The notes under the pieces: model-generated
Database searches by the model: none
What the model was told of the DNA's origin: nothing
What the model saw: only the letters and a program-made list of their open reading frames with translations
Program-made: the position numbers and the translations under genes
NCBI GenBank assembly: GCA_964016885.1
Contig: OZ024743.1
Location: forward strand, 293,260,001-293,324,000
Length of the DNA stretch: 64,000 nt
From: Eledone cirrhosa
Lineage: Eukaryota
Direction: 5' to 3'
In this document: positions 61,147 to 64,000 of the stretch, one piece after another
Position numbering within the stretch: position 1 is the stretch's first letter
How the letters are laid out: each line of letters opens with the position of its first letter

Positions 61147-61346
61147 GACATAACACGGTAAAAACCTCCCAGACCCACACTGTAAATGTGGTTGGTGTTA
61201 GGAAGGGCATCCAACTGTAGAAAACCTGCCAGACAGTCCTATGCGAGCAAGACAATCACTCTTGCCTCAAGTGGGACTACCCCCGTCCAAACCCATGCAA
61301 GCGTGGAACACGGACGTTAAACGTTGATGATGATGATGATGATGAT
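61147..61346 (+). mobile_element. Family A SINE 3' portion
   Basis: CCCACACTGTAAATGTGGTTGGTGTTAGGAAGGGCATCCAAC..CCCATGCAAGCGTGGAACACGGACGTTAAA..(GAT)n. Confidence 0.85.
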
Positions 61347-61452
61347 ATATATATGTATACACACATATATATATATATACATATATATGCATACACACAT
61401 ATATATATATATATCCATACACACATATATATACATATATATATATATGCAT

Positions 61453-61495
<43 letters not shown>

Positions 61496-61540
61496 TATAT
61501 ATATATATATATATGCATATATATATATATATATATGCAT

Positions 61541-61574
<34 letters not shown>

Positions 61575-61742
61575 GCATACACACATATATATATACATAT
61601 ATATATATATATATGCATACACACATATATATATACATATATATATATATATAATGCATACACACATATATATATATATATATATGCATACACACACATA
61701 TATATATATATATATGCATACACACACATATATATATATACA

Positions 61743-61784
<42 letters not shown>

Positions 61785-63093
61785 GCATACACACACATAT
61801 ATATATATACATATATATGCATACACACATATATATATATATATATATGCATACACACACACATTTATATATATATAGATAAAAAAAACATTAGTTTGAA
61901 AATTGATTGTACAAAAGCAAGCTGTTTGTCAGCAGGCAGATGATCCTATTTTAAAACTACATTATCTCATTCAGGTGTATAAGATGGAATGGAGGTGGTA
62001 GTAGTAGATGGTGGTAAGATTTATGGTGCTAGTTGTGTTGGATGAGATGGAGGATGCTATGATTGAAAAAAAAAAACTGTGCATTTTATATTTCCAAGAG
62101 ATGTGTGTGTGTGTGTAATATTTGTTCCTGAAGTGGTGGTTGTATTGCTTGTGTTGTTGTTGTTAGTGCTTACATTGGTAGCATTCCTATTAATCTGTGT
62201 GTATGTTTGTATATGTGTTTGAGATGGAGTGATATATGCTTGTTATTGTGATGCTGTGTTGATGTAACTTAGATATGTAGTGTGGTTATTTAATGGTCTT
62301 CTTAGTGTAACTTTCACTTATTTGTTCATGCTGTTTAGTCAGAAGGGAGAAGGTCAGTGCCAATGAACCTTCTTACTGCTTCCAAAAACTGGTAGGAGAC
62401 CAGGATGAATATATCCTGAAACAAGAGACTAAGCCTAGTAACTGAGTGGATTTCACTAATGACTCCAGAGAGTTTTTTTATTAACGTAGGTGATACGGTA
62501 AGTCTAGTACCCAAGTAGGTTGCAGCAGAATTTGAACTGAGAACTCAAAAGAGCCATTACAAATACTGCAAGGCATTTCAACCAAGACTTTAACAATCTC
62601 ATTAATCTACAAGCCACCATTTTGCTGAAATGTTGCTTTGTTTCATCAAACCCTAAACCCCAAATTACGACAGATAACGTTTAGTGTAGCAGGATTTGAA
62701 CTTAGAGCAAAGGGAGACTAAAGAAATATCTATGTTCTAATTTATCACCTATTTGTTGAGGTTGTGGTTAATAATACTGTGTATTCCTACATGTGTGTAT
62801 ATAGACTGTTGGTTTGTTTTGATGATGGTGGGTAGGATGGCGCAGTACAGAAAGTGTGTTAACTTATGTAATATTATGATTTAGTGTGCTACTTCCTGTG
62901 TATATGTGAGGACACATACACACACACACATTCCTGAATTGTTATTTGAGTGTGGGAGATGAGAAGCTCTCATGAAATTTGAAGTTTCAGCTTTAATAAA
63001 TATTATTAACGCTCTACTTTCAGTACTGAGTACCTTCGTTTGCTTTTTCTTTATACTGAAGGCTTTATATTCAAATCTTTAGCACACAAAAAC

Positions 63094-63146
<53 letters not shown>

Positions 63147-63159
63147 TTATGATGCGACA

Positions 63160-63414
63160 AATGCACCATAAAGGGATCATTTTGTTGGTGCCATGAGAAA
63201 AAACGCTCAGCCCACACTATAAAGTGATCATTTTGGTACCCTGATAAAAGGTAGCTAGTTCACACTTCCATTAGGAAGGGTATCTATCTGTAGAAACCAA
63301 GCCATAAATGGTCCTGTTTAAGATAGTCATGTGCATCTGATCTTATAACAGGACAACCTGTCTAACCCATGCTAGCATGGAAAACGGATGTTAAATGATG
63401 ACGATGATGATGAT
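63160..63414 (+). mobile_element. Decayed family A SINE 3' portion
   Basis: TTAGGAAGGGTATC..CAGGACAACCTGTCTAACCCATGCTAGCATGGAAAACGGATGTTAAATGATG. Confidence 0.75.
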
Positions 63415-63599
63415 ATGCTGTGTGTATTTTATGCCAGTGTGCCATGCAGGCATTCAATGGATGGTTTATCACAGTCTGAACTAATTTTTCTTTTTAGTTA
63501 CTGTCCTCTAAGATGGGTTGGGGGACCACTTATATATTCCAAATTTTGGCATGGTTTCTATGGCCTTTCTCAACATTAACCACTTTACAGCATGCTTCT

Positions 63600-64000
63600 T
63601 TAGTCAGCTGGTTAGTGTTAACCTAAATGAAATGCAGTTTGGATCTTTGCCAGGTAAACGTACCACAGATGCTCTCTTCCTTGTGAGACAACTGCAGAAG
63701 TACCTAGCTAAAAGTAAACCCCTCTACTTAGCTTTTTCTGACTTAGAGAAAGCCTTTGATAGATCCTCCTTTTCATTATCTGGTAGGTTCTTAGAAAACT
63801 CAGAGTAGATGAGGGGATTGTTAAAGTGGAACAAGCCATTTATAGAGAAGCGGGCAGCAAGATTAGAATTAACAGTGACTATAGTGAAGAATTTAGTATG
63901 CAGGTCGGTGTCCATCAGGGTTCTGTTTTTAGCCCTCCCCTATTTATTATTGTCCTACAGGCTATAACAGAAGAGTTTAAGATTGGCTGTTCAAGCGAGC
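63600..64000 (+). pseudogene. RTE-clade LINE reverse transcriptase fragment (runs off the window)
   Basis: LNEMQFGSLPGKRTTDALFLVRQLQKYLAKSKPLYLAFSDLEKAFDR, a frameshift, then YSEEFSMQVGVHQGSVFSPPLFIIVLQAITEEFK (RT motifs QFGF, D..KAFD, QGSV.SP). Confidence 0.9.

Larger units (their letters stand above)
59968..61876. repeat. Three blocks of (TA)n-GCA-TACACACA compound microsatellite separated by SINEs
   Basis: Blocks ~59968-60388, ~60955-61143 and ~61345-61876 share the ATATGCATACACACAT unit. Confidence 0.9.

Overview
AT-rich, microsatellite- and SINE-dense eukaryotic DNA. The SINE families, RTE LINE remnants and very long (TA)n arrays fit an octopus (coleoid cephalopod) genome; this is inferred from the repeat content. 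No host protein-coding exon could be supported, so the window is probably intronic or intergenic, and almost all ORF-track entries are microsatellite artefacts. The main feature is a 5'-truncated but stop-free Penelope-like retroelement (PLE; Naiad-like RT thumb, CxC-x5-C-x5-C linker, GIY-YIG; 37963-~41000). It has a long hairpin-rich 3' UTR ending in a variant minimal hammerhead ribozyme plus AATAAA, and sits in a ~13 kb strand-polarised (TA)n/TATG array that also holds an RTE LINE 3' end. A second cluster at 57.7-60 kb contains a near-perfect ~185 bp inverted repeat, a PLE 3' end with a canonical-core hammerhead and an inverted 5' junction, and a 606 bp-period direct-repeat unit carrying another hammerhead-like motif (retrozyme/pLTR-like). 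The rest is tRNA-derived SINEs, decayed RTE and CRE LINE fragments, mariner- and piggyBac-type MITEs, and simple repeats.
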